64,000 nucleotides of DNA from NCBI RefSeq assembly GCF_030837785.1, contig NZ_JAUQYA010000023.1, one strand, 5' to 3'. Shown here piece after piece: positions 30,772 to 40,931 of this stretch. The stretch's first letter is position 1, and every line of letters starts with the position of its first letter. The notes beneath the pieces are model-generated. The model was not told the DNA's origin and searched no databases. It saw nothing but the letters and a program-made list of their open reading frames with translations. A program made the translations under genes and the position numbers. This stretch comes from Albidovulum sp. GTDB taxonomy: Bacteria; Pseudomonadota; Alphaproteobacteria; Rhodobacterales; Rhodobacteraceae.

Positions 30772-30884
30772 CGCCCCGCCTGCTCGGTCCGGTCTGCGCC
30801 CCGCATCGCGCCGCCCATGCGTCCCCCTTCGTCTTCTGCGGCGAGAGATCGCGATTCCACGCCGCGCGTCAAGCCGGCGCAGCG

Positions 30885-30913
30885 AAAAGGGGCCGGCCCG
30901 CGGCCGGCCCCTT
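30885..30913 (-). terminator. phaAB terminator
   Basis: AAGGGGCCGGCC-CGC-GGCCGGCCCCTT hairpin with an A-tract on its left side (U-tract on the minus strand). Confidence 0.7.
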
Positions 30914-30930
30914 GCGATGTCGGTCCCGGC

Positions 30931-31656
30931 TCAGCAGAAATACTGGCCGCCGTTGGCGGAAATCGTCGACCCGGTGATGAAGCCCGCGTCATCGGAGGCG
31001 AGGAAGACCACGCAGCGCGCGATTTCCTCGGGCTCGCCCAGACGGCCGACCGGGATCAGCGGGATGATGCGTTCGGCCAGCACCTTCTCGTCGATGGCGC
31101 GCACCATCTCGGTACCGATGTAGCCGGGGCAGATCGCATTCACGGTGATGCCCGCCCGTGCACCTTCCTGCGCCAGCGCCTTGGTGAAGCCGATGTCGCC
31201 GGCCTTCGCCGCCGAATAGTTGGCCTGGCCCGCCTGGCCCTTCTGGCCGTTGATCGACGAGATGTTGACGATCCGGCCGAACTTGCGGTCGCGCATTCCC
31301 GACCAGACCGGGTGGGTCATGTTGAACAGGCCCGACAGGTTGGTGTCCATTACCTCCTGCCATTGCTGGCGGGTCATCTTGTGGAACATCGCGTCGCGGG
31401 TGATGCCGGCGTTGTTGACCAGCACCTCGACCGGGCCGAGATCAGCCTCGACCTTGGCGATGCCGGCGGCGCAGGCGTCGTAGTCGGCCACCGACCACTT
31501 GTAGGTCTTGATCCCGGTCTCCTCGGTGAACTTCCGCGCCGCCTCGTCGTTGCCGGCATAGTTTGCGGCGACCGTGCAGCCCGCGTTCTTGAGCGCCACC
31601 GAAATCGCCGCGCCGATGCCCCGCGACCCGCCCGTGACCAATGCGACCCTTGCCAT
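30931..31656 (-). CDS. phaB: Acetoacetyl-CoA reductase
   Basis: TGGSRGIG, NNAGITRD, SSINGQKGQAGQANYSAAK motifs; downstream of the thiolase. Confidence 0.95.
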   Translation of the reverse strand: MARVALVTGGSRGIGAAISVALKNAGCTVAANYAGNDEAARKFTEETGIKTYKWSVADYDACAAGIAKVEADLGPVEVLVNNAGITRDAMFHKMTRQQWQEVMDTNLSGLFNMTHPVWSGMRDRKFGRIVNISSINGQKGQAGQANYSAAKAGDIGFTKALAQEGARAGITVNAICPGYIGTEMVRAIDEKVLAERIIPLIPVGRLGEPEEIARCVVFLASDDAGFITGSTISANGGQYFC

Positions 31657-31759
31657 GATTCTTCCTCCAATCGGCTCTTGTTGAAACAGCGTTATCCAAA
31701 CGAAATACCGGGCGCAACATTATTGCGCCCGGTATTGTGCATTTGCAGAAAGATTGCGC

Positions 31760-32935
<1,176 letters not shown>

Positions 32936-33027
32936 GGGCTGTCCTCCTGATGGCGCGCCTGCCGCGCCGCATTCGCGGAGGCGTCGGCCCGGGCAACCCT
33001 TCGCGGGCATCCCCGGGGCGGCCCCGC

Positions 33028-33065
33028 GCCGCTTTGCAGCATGCGCATCGCGGCGGAGGCGTCAA
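33028..33065 (-). promoter_or_regulatory. Putative phaA promoter with an overlapping PhaR-like site
   Basis: Minus strand TTGACG-N16-CATGCT; overlapping ATGCTGCAAAGCGGC resembles the CTGC-N3/4-GCAG PhaR motif. Confidence 0.5.
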
Positions 33066-33282
33066 GCGCCCTGAGGGTGCGGCCTGCGGCCGCGCGGACG
33101 AGCCCTGACGGGCCACGCCTGCGGCTGCGCCGCGGGTCGGCTGCACGGATGGCCGGACAGGGATCGCGCACGCTGTTGCGCCGCCAGCCGGCCAAGGGTC
33201 CCCGCACGGTCGCCGGGGCAGGGCTTTCCGCCTGCGGCAGGCCCAGGTGCGCCATCCGCGCCGGTGCCTCGCCGGCTGCGGG

Positions 33283-34122
33283 TCAGGCGCGCAACTGCAC
33301 CTGCGCCATCCGCCAGGGCGGTGTGGCCGTCGGTGCGCCGAAGTAATAGCCCTGCATGCAGTCGATGCCGGCCTCGGTCAGCCAGGCCGCGTCCGGCCCG
33401 TTCTCGACCGATTCCGCCACGGTGAACATGTCGAACTGCCGCGCGATCGAAAGCAGCGCATGGGTCAGGCACTGGTTGTCGGGGCTGCCGGCGATGCCGC
33501 GGATGAACTGGCCGTCGATCTTCAGGATGTCGAAGTAGAATTCCCGCAGGTAGCGGAACGAGGTGTAGCCCGCCCCGAAATCGTCGAGCGCGAAGGAAAC
33601 CCCCGCGCCCTGCAGGTCGGCCATGAAGACCGAGACGGCATCGGGCATGATCATGGCAGAGCTTTCGGTGATCTCGAGAATCAGCCGCTCCGCCACCGCC
33701 GGGCTGCCCTTGATCCCGCGCCTGAGCACCTGCTGCCAGTGCGGATAGGCGATCGACCGGGCCGACATGTTGATGGCCAGGCGCAGGCCCGGATCCTCCT
33801 TCAACGCCTTGAGCCCGAGGTCGAGCGACAGGCAGTCGACGGCGCGGCCAAGCTCCGTCGTCTCGGTCGTGGCGATGAACTCGCGCGCGGGAATGATTCG
33901 GCCGGTCTCGTCGACAAGGCGGATGAGGCCCTCGTAGAAGGCGGGCCGGTCCTGCCGCGCCGCCTGCACGACGGGCTGGAAGGCAAGGAAGACCTCGCGC
34001 CGCTCCACCGCGCGGGCCACCATTGCCAGCGTGTCGCGGTCGCGCAGGCCCACCGCCGCGCTCAAGGGGCTGTCCTGACCGGGATCGCGTGCGCCGCGCC
34101 CGAACTTTCCGCCGTCTCGCAT
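33283..34122 (-). CDS. Stand-alone EAL domain protein (c-di-GMP phosphodiesterase)
   Basis: FQP, YEGLIR, EITE, LDDFGAGY, KIDGQF, AESVE and QGY motifs. Confidence 0.92.
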   Translation of the reverse strand: MRDGGKFGRGARDPGQDSPLSAAVGLRDRDTLAMVARAVERREVFLAFQPVVQAARQDRPAFYEGLIRLVDETGRIIPAREFIATTETTELGRAVDCLSLDLGLKALKEDPGLRLAINMSARSIAYPHWQQVLRRGIKGSPAVAERLILEITESSAMIMPDAVSVFMADLQGAGVSFALDDFGAGYTSFRYLREFYFDILKIDGQFIRGIAGSPDNQCLTHALLSIARQFDMFTVAESVENGPDAAWLTEAGIDCMQGYYFGAPTATPPWRMAQVQLRA

Positions 34123-34226
34123 GGGCCATCTCCTCGCCGTCGCGGGACAGGGTGGGCGGAAGGGGATAAGAATTCGTGAACGCTTGCGGCAAAATGCCGG
34201 CCAGGCATCCCGGAGGAGGGCGCGAC

Positions 34227-34796
34227 ATGGGTGAACGCTGCGGCTGGTGCGGGGCTGATCCCCTCTACATGGCCTACCACGACACCGAATGGGGCCTGCC
34301 CGAACGCGACCCCCGGGCGCTGTGGGAAAAGCTGATCCTCGACGGGTTCCAGGCGGGGCTGGCCTGGATCACGATCCTGCGGAAGCGGGAAAACTTCCGC
34401 GCCGCCTTCGCGGGCTTCCAGCCCGAGGCGATCGCCGGGTGGGGCGAGCCGGAGGTGGCGCGGCTTCTCACCGATCCGGGCATCGTTCGCTCCCGCGCCA
34501 AGATCGAGGCGACCATCGGCAATGCCCGCGCCTACCTGGCGATCGCGGAACGCGAGGGGTTCGACAGCTTCCTGTGGCGCCATCTCGACGGCAGGCCGCT
34601 CCAGAACCGGTTCCGCACGCTGGCCGAGGTGCCGGCCGCGACTCCTCTCTCCGAACGGATCGCGAAGGACCTGAAGGCCGAGGGCTTCCGCTTCGCCGGC
34701 CCTACCATCGTCTATGCCTTCATGCAGGCCACCGGCATGGTCAACGACCACCTCGTGGCCTGCCCCGCCCATGCCCGCTGCGCCGGGGCGGCCTGA
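34227..34796 (+). CDS. tag: DNA-3-methyladenine glycosylase I
   Basis: RCGW, YHDTEWG, FQAGLAWITIL and NDHLVAC motifs. Confidence 0.95.
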   Translation: MGERCGWCGADPLYMAYHDTEWGLPERDPRALWEKLILDGFQAGLAWITILRKRENFRAAFAGFQPEAIAGWGEPEVARLLTDPGIVRSRAKIEATIGNARAYLAIAEREGFDSFLWRHLDGRPLQNRFRTLAEVPAATPLSERIAKDLKAEGFRFAGPTIVYAFMQATGMVNDHLVACPAHARCAGAA

Positions 34797-34798
34797 GC

Positions 34799-34862
34799 GT
34801 CTTCGTTGCCCAAATACCCTCGGGGGTCCGGGGGGAGACCCCCCGGGGGCGGGGGGGGGCCG
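34799..34862. repeat. REP-like intergenic palindromic element
   Basis: Core AAATACCCTCGGGGGT plus a G/C hairpin; 15/16 identical to 49961-49976. Confidence 0.6.
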
Positions 34863-34865
34863 CGT

Positions 34866-35423
34866 CTACTGCCCCGCCAGAAGCGTGCGCACGATGGCCC
34901 TGGCGCTCTCTCCGTCCCATTCCGCATCGCCCGTCATCCGCGCGATCTCGCGCCCCTCGGGATCGAGGATCACCGTCACCGGCAGGCCGAAGACGCCCAT
35001 GTCGCGCGCAAGCGCCTGATCCTTGTCGAGGTAGACCGGCAGCGTCTCCACCCCGGTTTCGGCGAACAGCCGGGTGATCGCGGGCAGCATGTTGCGCCCG
35101 GTGGCGATCGTCGCCACGGTGAACCCATCGCCGCCGAACTCGCGGTTGAGCGCGTCGAGCGCCGGCAGCTCCTTGCGGCAGGGGGCGCACCAGGTGGCCC
35201 AGAAGTTGACCGCGACATACCTGCCGCGGAACTCCGACAGGCGGTGTTCGGCGCCGCCCGCGTCGGCGAAGGCGGTGTCGGGGGCGGGGACCGGTTCGGC
35301 GTGGACCACGAGCTTCATCATCGAGCCCTCGCGCAGCGCCTCCAGCTCCGCCTGGGCAGGCGTGGCGGCGTTTGCACTGAAGGCAAGGGCCGTGTAGAGG
35401 ACGGCGGGAAGGATGAGACGCAT
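34866..35423 (-). CDS. TlpA family thiol:disulfide oxidoreductase
   Basis: [10 protein letters not shown] and GLPVT motifs; signal anchor. Confidence 0.92.
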   Translation of the reverse strand: MRLILPAVLYTALAFSANAATPAQAELEALREGSMMKLVVHAEPVPAPDTAFADAGGAEHRLSEFRGRYVAVNFWATWCAPCRKELPALDALNREFGGDGFTVATIATGRNMLPAITRLFAETGVETLPVYLDKDQALARDMGVFGLPVTVILDPEGREIARMTGDAEWDGESARAIVRTLLAGQ

Positions 35424-35444
35424 GGATGCCTCCGGGGGCGACAG

Positions 35445-36836
35445 ATGACCGACAGAACCCAGAACGCGATGTGGGGCGGGCGCTTCGCCGCCGGGCCGGA
35501 CGCGATCATGGAGGCGATCAACGCCTCGATCGGCTTCGACCGGCGGCTCTATGCCCAGGACATCGCAGGGTCCCGCGCCCATGCGGCGATGCTCGCCGCG
35601 CAGGGCATCCTCACCGATAGCGATGCGGCGGCGGTTCGGGAAGGGCTGCTCACGGTCTTGTCAGAGATCGAGGCGGGGAAATTCGCCTTCTCGACCGCGC
35701 TCGAGGACATCCACATGAACGTGGAGGCGCGGCTGAAGGAGATCATCGGCGAACCCGCCGGGCGGCTCCACACCGCGCGGAGCCGCAACGACCAGGTGGC
35801 GACCGATTTCCGGCTCTGGGTCCGCGACCAGACCGATGCCGCGATCGTCGGGCTGACCGCGCTGCAACGCGCGCTTCTGGCGCAGGCCGAGGCGGGGGCG
35901 GACTGGGTGATGCCCGGCTTCACTCACCTTCAGACCGCCCAGCCGGTGACCTGGGGCCATCACATGATGGCCTATGTCGAGATGCTCGCCCGCGACATCG
36001 GCCGCTTCGCAGATGCCCGCGTCCGGATGAACGAATGCCCGCTCGGCGCCGCGGCACTCGCCGGCACCTCCTTCCCGATCGACCGGCAGATGACGGCCGC
36101 GGCGCTCGGCTTCGACCGGCCGATGGCCAATTCGCTCGACGCCGTCAGCGACCGCGACTTCGCGCTGGAGTTCCTGTCGGCCAGCGCGATCTGCGCCACC
36201 CACCTCAGCCGCTTCGCCGAGGAGCTGGTGATCTGGTCCTCGGCGCAGTTCCGCTTCGTCACGCTCTCCGACCGCTTCACCACCGGCTCCTCGATCATGC
36301 CGCAGAAGAAGAACCCCGATGCGGCCGAGCTGATCCGCGCCAAGATCGGCCGCATCCTTGGCGCCGCGGTCGCGCTCTTCACGGTGATGAAGGGGCTGCC
36401 GCTCGCCTATTCCAAGGACATGCAGGAAGACAAGGAACAGGTCTTCGACGCCGCCGACACGCTGATGCTGGCACTCGCGGCGATGGAGGGGATGGTGCGC
36501 GACATGACGGCGAACCGCGCCAACCTCGAACGCGCCGCCGCGTCGGGCTTTTCCACCGCCACCGACCTTGCCGACTGGCTGGTGCGCGCCGCCGGCCTGC
36601 CGTTCCGCGAGGCGCATCACGTCACCGGAAGTCTCGTCGCGCTGGCCGAGAGGAAGGGCTGCGACCTGCCCGACCTCACGCTTGCCGAGATGCGCTCCGC
36701 CCATCCCGGCATCACGCAGGAGGTCCAGTCCGTCCTCGGCGTCCACAACTCGGTCGCCTCGCGCACCAGCTACGGCGGCACCGCGCCCGATCAGGTCCGG
36801 GCCCAGATCGCCCGCTGGAAGGACCGGCTGGGATGA
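35445..36836 (+). CDS. argH: Argininosuccinate lyase
   Basis: MWGGRF, RSRNDQ and [12 protein letters not shown] motifs. Confidence 0.97.
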   Translation: MTDRTQNAMWGGRFAAGPDAIMEAINASIGFDRRLYAQDIAGSRAHAAMLAAQGILTDSDAAAVREGLLTVLSEIEAGKFAFSTALEDIHMNVEARLKEIIGEPAGRLHTARSRNDQVATDFRLWVRDQTDAAIVGLTALQRALLAQAEAGADWVMPGFTHLQTAQPVTWGHHMMAYVEMLARDIGRFADARVRMNECPLGAAALAGTSFPIDRQMTAAALGFDRPMANSLDAVSDRDFALEFLSASAICATHLSRFAEELVIWSSAQFRFVTLSDRFTTGSSIMPQKKNPDAAELIRAKIGRILGAAVALFTVMKGLPLAYSKDMQEDKEQVFDAADTLMLALAAMEGMVRDMTANRANLERAAASGFSTATDLADWLVRAAGLPFREAHHVTGSLVALAERKGCDLPDLTLAEMRSAHPGITQEVQSVLGVHNSVASRTSYGGTAPDQVRAQIARWKDRLG

Positions 36837-36988
36837 GAACCCTGGCGCTTCTCGGCCTCTGCCTGCTGGTCTCGGGCTGCGCGCAGCCCCGCGCCCACGC
36901 CGGCATCCACATCACGCCGAACGGGCTTCGGGTGGTGCCTTCCGTTTCCTCGTCCATCGCCGGGATCGGCGTTACCGTGAGCGAATGA
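36833..36988 (+). CDS. Small lipoprotein (51 aa)
   Basis: ATGA overlap with the argH stop; [16 protein letters not shown] lipobox. Confidence 0.7.
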   Translation: MRTLALLGLCLLVSGCAQPRAHAGIHITPNGLRVVPSVSSSIAGIGVTVSE

Positions 36989-37122
36989 TGCGTTTTCTGC
37001 CGTCCCTTCTGCTTCTCGCCCTTCTCGCCGCCTGCGGCGCCGATGGCGCGCCGACGCCGCCCGCCAAGCCGGGCGTCACCGTTTCGGGCCAGGTCAAGCT
37101 CGGCATCGGCGGCGGCAGTTGA
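36985..37122 (+). CDS. Small lipoprotein (45 aa)
   Basis: ATGA overlap with the preceding stop; LLAA-CGADGAPTPP lipobox. Confidence 0.75.
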   Translation: MMRFLPSLLLLALLAACGADGAPTPPAKPGVTVSGQVKLGIGGGS

Positions 37123-37129
37123 CGCAGGT

Positions 37130-38266
37130 TCAGTCGAGCGTCCGGCGGAAGCGCAGGAGCGCAAGCGTCGCGTAGACGGCGACGAACAGCCCGAGGGCGG
37201 CGAGCGGCTGGGCGATCCCGGGATAGCCCGCGCCCTTCAGCATCACCGCGCGGATCAGCCGGAGGAAATGGGTGAGCGGGAAGACCTCGCCCAGCGTCTG
37301 CGCCCAGCCTGGCATTCCCCGATAGGGGAACATGAACCCCGAAAGGAGCAGCGAGGGCAGGAAGAAGAAGAACGTGAGCTGCATCGCCTGCATCTGCGTC
37401 CGCGCGGCGGTCGAGATCAGGTAGCCGAGGATCACCAGCGCGGCGACGAAGACGAAGATGCCGGCCAAGAGCAGCGGCAGCGAGCCCACGAAGGGGACGC
37501 CGAACATCAGCTTTGCCGCGACAAGCACGACGACGACCTGCACCGCACCCACGGCGAGATAGGGCAGGACCTTGCCCAGCATGATCTCGAGCGGTGTCGC
37601 GGGCATCGACAGGAGGTTTTCCATCGTGCCCCGTTCGATCTCGCGCGTCAGCGCCATCGAGGTCATCATCACCATCGTCATCTGCAGGATGACCCCGAGA
37701 AGGCCGGGAACGATGTTGTATTGGGTGATCCCCTCGGGGTTGTAGCGCTTGTGCACCGTCACCTGAAGCCGGGCGGCGGCGTCTTCGGCGGCCTGCGTCT
37801 CGGTCCCCCGTTCGCGCGAGAGCGCGTCGGCGGCGACGGTTCCCAGCGTGGAGATCGCGCCCGAGGCCACCGAGGGGTCGGTCGCGTCGGCCTCGATCAG
37901 GATTTGCGGATGGTCGCCCCGCTCGACCCGCCGCCCGAAGTCCGAGGGGATGGTCACGACAAAGGACACGTCGCCACGGGTGATGAGCGCTTCCGCCTCG
38001 GCCGCCGAGGCGGCGGCATGGGTGAAGCGGTAGTAGCCGGTCAGTTCCAGCGCCGAGACGATGGCACGGCTGTAGCGGTCCTGGGTGGGCGCGACGAGCG
38101 CGGCGGGCAGCCCCCGGGGGTCGGCGTTGATCGCGAAGCCGAAGAGCACGAGCTGGATCAGCGGCACGCCCAGCATCATCGCGAAGGTGATCCGGTCGCG
38201 CCGCATCTGGATCATCTCCTTGACCAGAAGCGCGGCAAGCCGGCGGAGCGAGAAGACGCGGTTCAT
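37130..38266 (-). CDS. ABC-2 transporter permease (YbhS/R-like)
   Basis: KEMIQMRRD, REIERGTMENL and PLTHF motifs. Confidence 0.92.
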   Translation of the reverse strand: MNRVFSLRRLAALLVKEMIQMRRDRITFAMMLGVPLIQLVLFGFAINADPRGLPAALVAPTQDRYSRAIVSALELTGYYRFTHAAASAAEAEALITRGDVSFVVTIPSDFGRRVERGDHPQILIEADATDPSVASGAISTLGTVAADALSRERGTETQAAEDAAARLQVTVHKRYNPEGITQYNIVPGLLGVILQMTMVMMTSMALTREIERGTMENLLSMPATPLEIMLGKVLPYLAVGAVQVVVVLVAAKLMFGVPFVGSLPLLLAGIFVFVAALVILGYLISTAARTQMQAMQLTFFFFLPSLLLSGFMFPYRGMPGWAQTLGEVFPLTHFLRLIRAVMLKGAGYPGIAQPLAALGLFVAVYATLALLRFRRTLD

Positions 38267-39189
38267 GCCTGCCCGCCCCCGCCGTTGCCCATCAGTTCGA
38301 TGAACACGTCCTCGAGGCTCGTCTCGGCCGGGCTGACCCGGCAGCCGGTCTCTTCCGCCACCCTGGCGACCGAGGCGGCGAGCGCCGCGCCATCGCGCCC
38401 GGTGACGTGAAGCGTTGCCCCGAAGGGCGCGACCTGGGCCACACCCGGCGCGCCGCGAAGAAGCTCGGCGGCCCGCGCCGTCGCCGCCCCCTCGATGATC
38501 ATCGTCGTCAGGCCGGCATCGCGCACCACCTCGGCCACCGTTCCCTGCGCCACCAGCCGGCCGAAGGAGATGTAGTTGATCCGGTGGCAGCGCTCGGCCT
38601 CGTCCATGTAGTGGGTGGAGACGAGAACCGTCAGCCCCTCGGCGGCAAGCCGGTGAATCTCGTCCCAGAAGTCGCGCCGCGCCTTCGGGTCGACGCCCGC
38701 CGTGGGTTCGTCGAGCAGCAGGAGCTGGGGCCGGTGCATGATGCAGGCCGCAAGCGCCAGCCGCTGCTTCCAGCCGCCCGACAGGGTGCCGGCGAGCTGA
38801 TGGCGCCGCGACGCGAGTCCGAGGCCCGCGAGCGTGTCGTCGACATACCGCCGGGCCGGCGTCAGCCCGTAGAGTCCGGCGACGAAGGCGAGGTTCTCCT
38901 CGATCGTCAGATCCTCGTAGAAGGAAAAGCGCTGGGTCATGTAGCCGACCTCGCGCTTGATCGCGCGGCCCTCGGTCCGGATGTCGTGGCCGAGTACATG
39001 GCCCGTGCCGGCGTCGGGCGTCAGAAGCCCGCACATCATCCGGATCGTCGTGGTCTTGCCCGACCCGTTCGGCCCGAGGAATCCCGCGATCTCGCCCTTC
39101 GCCACGGTCAGCGACACATCGTCGACGACGCGCCGGTCCCCGAAGCTCTTGACCAGCCCGCGGACGGCGATGGCGGGCTCGCCGCTCAT
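38263..39189 (-). CDS. ABC transporter ATP-binding protein (YbhF-like)
   Basis: GPNGSGKTT, LSGGWKQR and LLLDEPTAG motifs. Confidence 0.93.
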   Translation of the reverse strand: MSGEPAIAVRGLVKSFGDRRVVDDVSLTVAKGEIAGFLGPNGSGKTTTIRMMCGLLTPDAGTGHVLGHDIRTEGRAIKREVGYMTQRFSFYEDLTIEENLAFVAGLYGLTPARRYVDDTLAGLGLASRRHQLAGTLSGGWKQRLALAACIMHRPQLLLLDEPTAGVDPKARRDFWDEIHRLAAEGLTVLVSTHYMDEAERCHRINYISFGRLVAQGTVAEVVRDAGLTTMIIEGAATARAAELLRGAPGVAQVAPFGATLHVTGRDGAALAASVARVAEETGCRVSPAETSLEDVFIELMGNGGGGQA

Positions 39190-40139
39190 TCCGCCGGTCC
39201 GGGGAGCGAGACGTCGACGATCTGGCCGGGCTTCAGCCCCGGCGCGTCCTCGGGGCGGGCCTCGATCAGGTAGACGAGCTTCTGGCGGTTCTCGAGCGAA
39301 TAGATCACCGGCGGGGTGAATTCGGGGGTGTCCGAGACATAGGTGACAGTCGCTGACAGGCCCTCGGCGCAGCCGTCGCAATGCACCGAAAGGCGGCTGC
39401 CCTGCCGGATCGCCGCGATCGACGCTTCGGGGACATAGAGGCGCAGCTTCACCGCGCCCTCGGGCAGAAGCGACAGCACCGGCGTCGCGGGGCCGGCCAG
39501 TTCGCCCGGCGTGCGGATCACGTCGTTGACCGTGCCTGCGGCGGGCGCCGTCAGCCGGCGCTGGGCGAGGTTCCATTCCGCCTTCGCGCGGGCGGCCACC
39601 GCGCCGTCCACGGCGGCTTCGGCCGCGGCGATCTCCTGCGGCCGCGCGGGCAGGCGGGCGACGGCGAGGCTCGCCTCGGCCTCGGCCAGGCGCGCGTGGG
39701 CGACCGTCGCCGCGGTGGCCGCGTCGTCGGCCTGCGTCGTCGTCGCGGCGCCCCGCTGCGACAGGCTGAGCATCCGCGCGGCGGCGCGGTCGGCCTCGTC
39801 GGCCTGCGCCCGGGCCGAGGCAAGCGTCGCCTCGATCACGCGGATCTCCTCGGGCCGGCGGCCTTCGCGCAGGTTGGCAAGCTGGCTTTGTGCCTGTGCC
39901 AGCGCCGCCGCCGCCTCGGTCAGCGCGATCTCGGCGTCGCCCCGCTCCATCTCGACAAGCAGCGCGCCGGCCTCCACCCGGTCGCCGCGCCCGACGGAGA
40001 GGCGTTCGATCTGTGCGGTGGCGACGGGGGCGACCAGGACGTATTCGCCCTCCACATAGCCGGTGGCGAAGGGCGGCGGCGGCGAACACGAGGTGAAAAG
40101 CGCCGAGATCAGTGGCAGGGTGCAGAGCAGGCCGCTCAT
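39186..40139 (-). CDS. HlyD family efflux membrane fusion protein (YbhG-like)
   Basis: GYVEGE, coiled-coil hairpin, EFTPPVIYS and LKPGQ motifs. Confidence 0.9.
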   Translation of the reverse strand: MSGLLCTLPLISALFTSCSPPPPFATGYVEGEYVLVAPVATAQIERLSVGRGDRVEAGALLVEMERGDAEIALTEAAAALAQAQSQLANLREGRRPEEIRVIEATLASARAQADEADRAAARMLSLSQRGAATTTQADDAATAATVAHARLAEAEASLAVARLPARPQEIAAAEAAVDGAVAARAKAEWNLAQRRLTAPAAGTVNDVIRTPGELAGPATPVLSLLPEGAVKLRLYVPEASIAAIRQGSRLSVHCDGCAEGLSATVTYVSDTPEFTPPVIYSLENRQKLVYLIEARPEDAPGLKPGQIVDVSLPGPAE

Positions 40140-40780
40140 GTCCGACGCTCCCGTTCGACCAGGCAGCGGAGGTTGCTGGCGAGAACGTCGGCGATGACCG
40201 CGGCCTCGGCCGGGCCGAGCGCCGCCCAGCCCATCCGGCGGGTGACAATCGGCCGGCCGATGCGGAAATAGAGAAGCTGGCCGGCGAGGGTGAAGACCAG
40301 AAGCCGTGTGCGCTCGCTTTCGGCCTCCTGCCCCGTCGCGGCGGCCCAGAGCGCCGAAAGCCGCCGGTGCATCGGTTCCATCAGCGCGACATAGACGGCG
40401 TCGAGCACGGGCCCTTCCTCGGCCAGTTCGCGCAGCATGAAGGGCAGGATCGGCTCGGCCTCGGGCGCGGTCAGGACAAGGCCCGCCATCGCCCGCAGGG
40501 TCGCCTCCATCCGCGCCAGCGCCGCGTCGGGCGAGTCTGGCGGATCGGCCGGGACGGCGGCGAAGGCCCCGCCGACGCGGCGCACCACCTCGGACCCGCA
40601 GGCGCGTCTCAGCCCTTCCTTGTTGCCGAAATGGTAGGCGATGGCGGCGACGTTCGCCCCCGCCTCTGCGGCGATCTCGCGGATCGAGGTGGCGGCGAAG
40701 CCCTTCCGGCCGAAAAGCCTCAGGCCTGCGGCGATCAGGTCGGCGGCGGTGCCTTCGGGGGCTTTCGGCAGATCGGTCAT
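40136..40780 (-). CDS. TetR family regulator (CecR/YbiH-like)
   Basis: HTH TSIREIAAEAGANVAAIAYHFGNKEGL; C-terminal GQLLYFRI; heads a ybhGFSR-like operon. Confidence 0.88.
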   Translation of the reverse strand: MTDLPKAPEGTAADLIAAGLRLFGRKGFAATSIREIAAEAGANVAAIAYHFGNKEGLRRACGSEVVRRVGGAFAAVPADPPDSPDAALARMEATLRAMAGLVLTAPEAEPILPFMLRELAEEGPVLDAVYVALMEPMHRRLSALWAAATGQEAESERTRLLVFTLAGQLLYFRIGRPIVTRRMGWAALGPAEAAVIADVLASNLRCLVERERRT

Positions 40781-40827
40781 GGCTGGCCCCGTGCGATGTT
40801 GATCCCGTGCGATTCACCGGCATCTTG

Positions 40828-40841
40828 ATCAAACGTTTGAT
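40828..40841. promoter_or_regulatory. Perfect palindrome ATCAAACGTTTGAT, probable operator of the CecR-like regulator
   Basis: 14-bp palindrome lying between minus-strand TTGAAG (-35) and CAAGAT (-10) upstream of the TetR gene. Confidence 0.7.
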
Positions 40842-40931
40842 TGACTTCAATCCTGCGCCGAGCCGCTTTCCCAACGCCTTGCGATGCTCTACACGGGGCC
40901 GGACGGCAGAGGATCGGCAAGGCCCCGCGAC

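Noticed and set aside
30768..30992. Possible small gene between phaB and the EamA gene
   Set aside because: Overlaps phaB and its terminator, and has no recognisable motif
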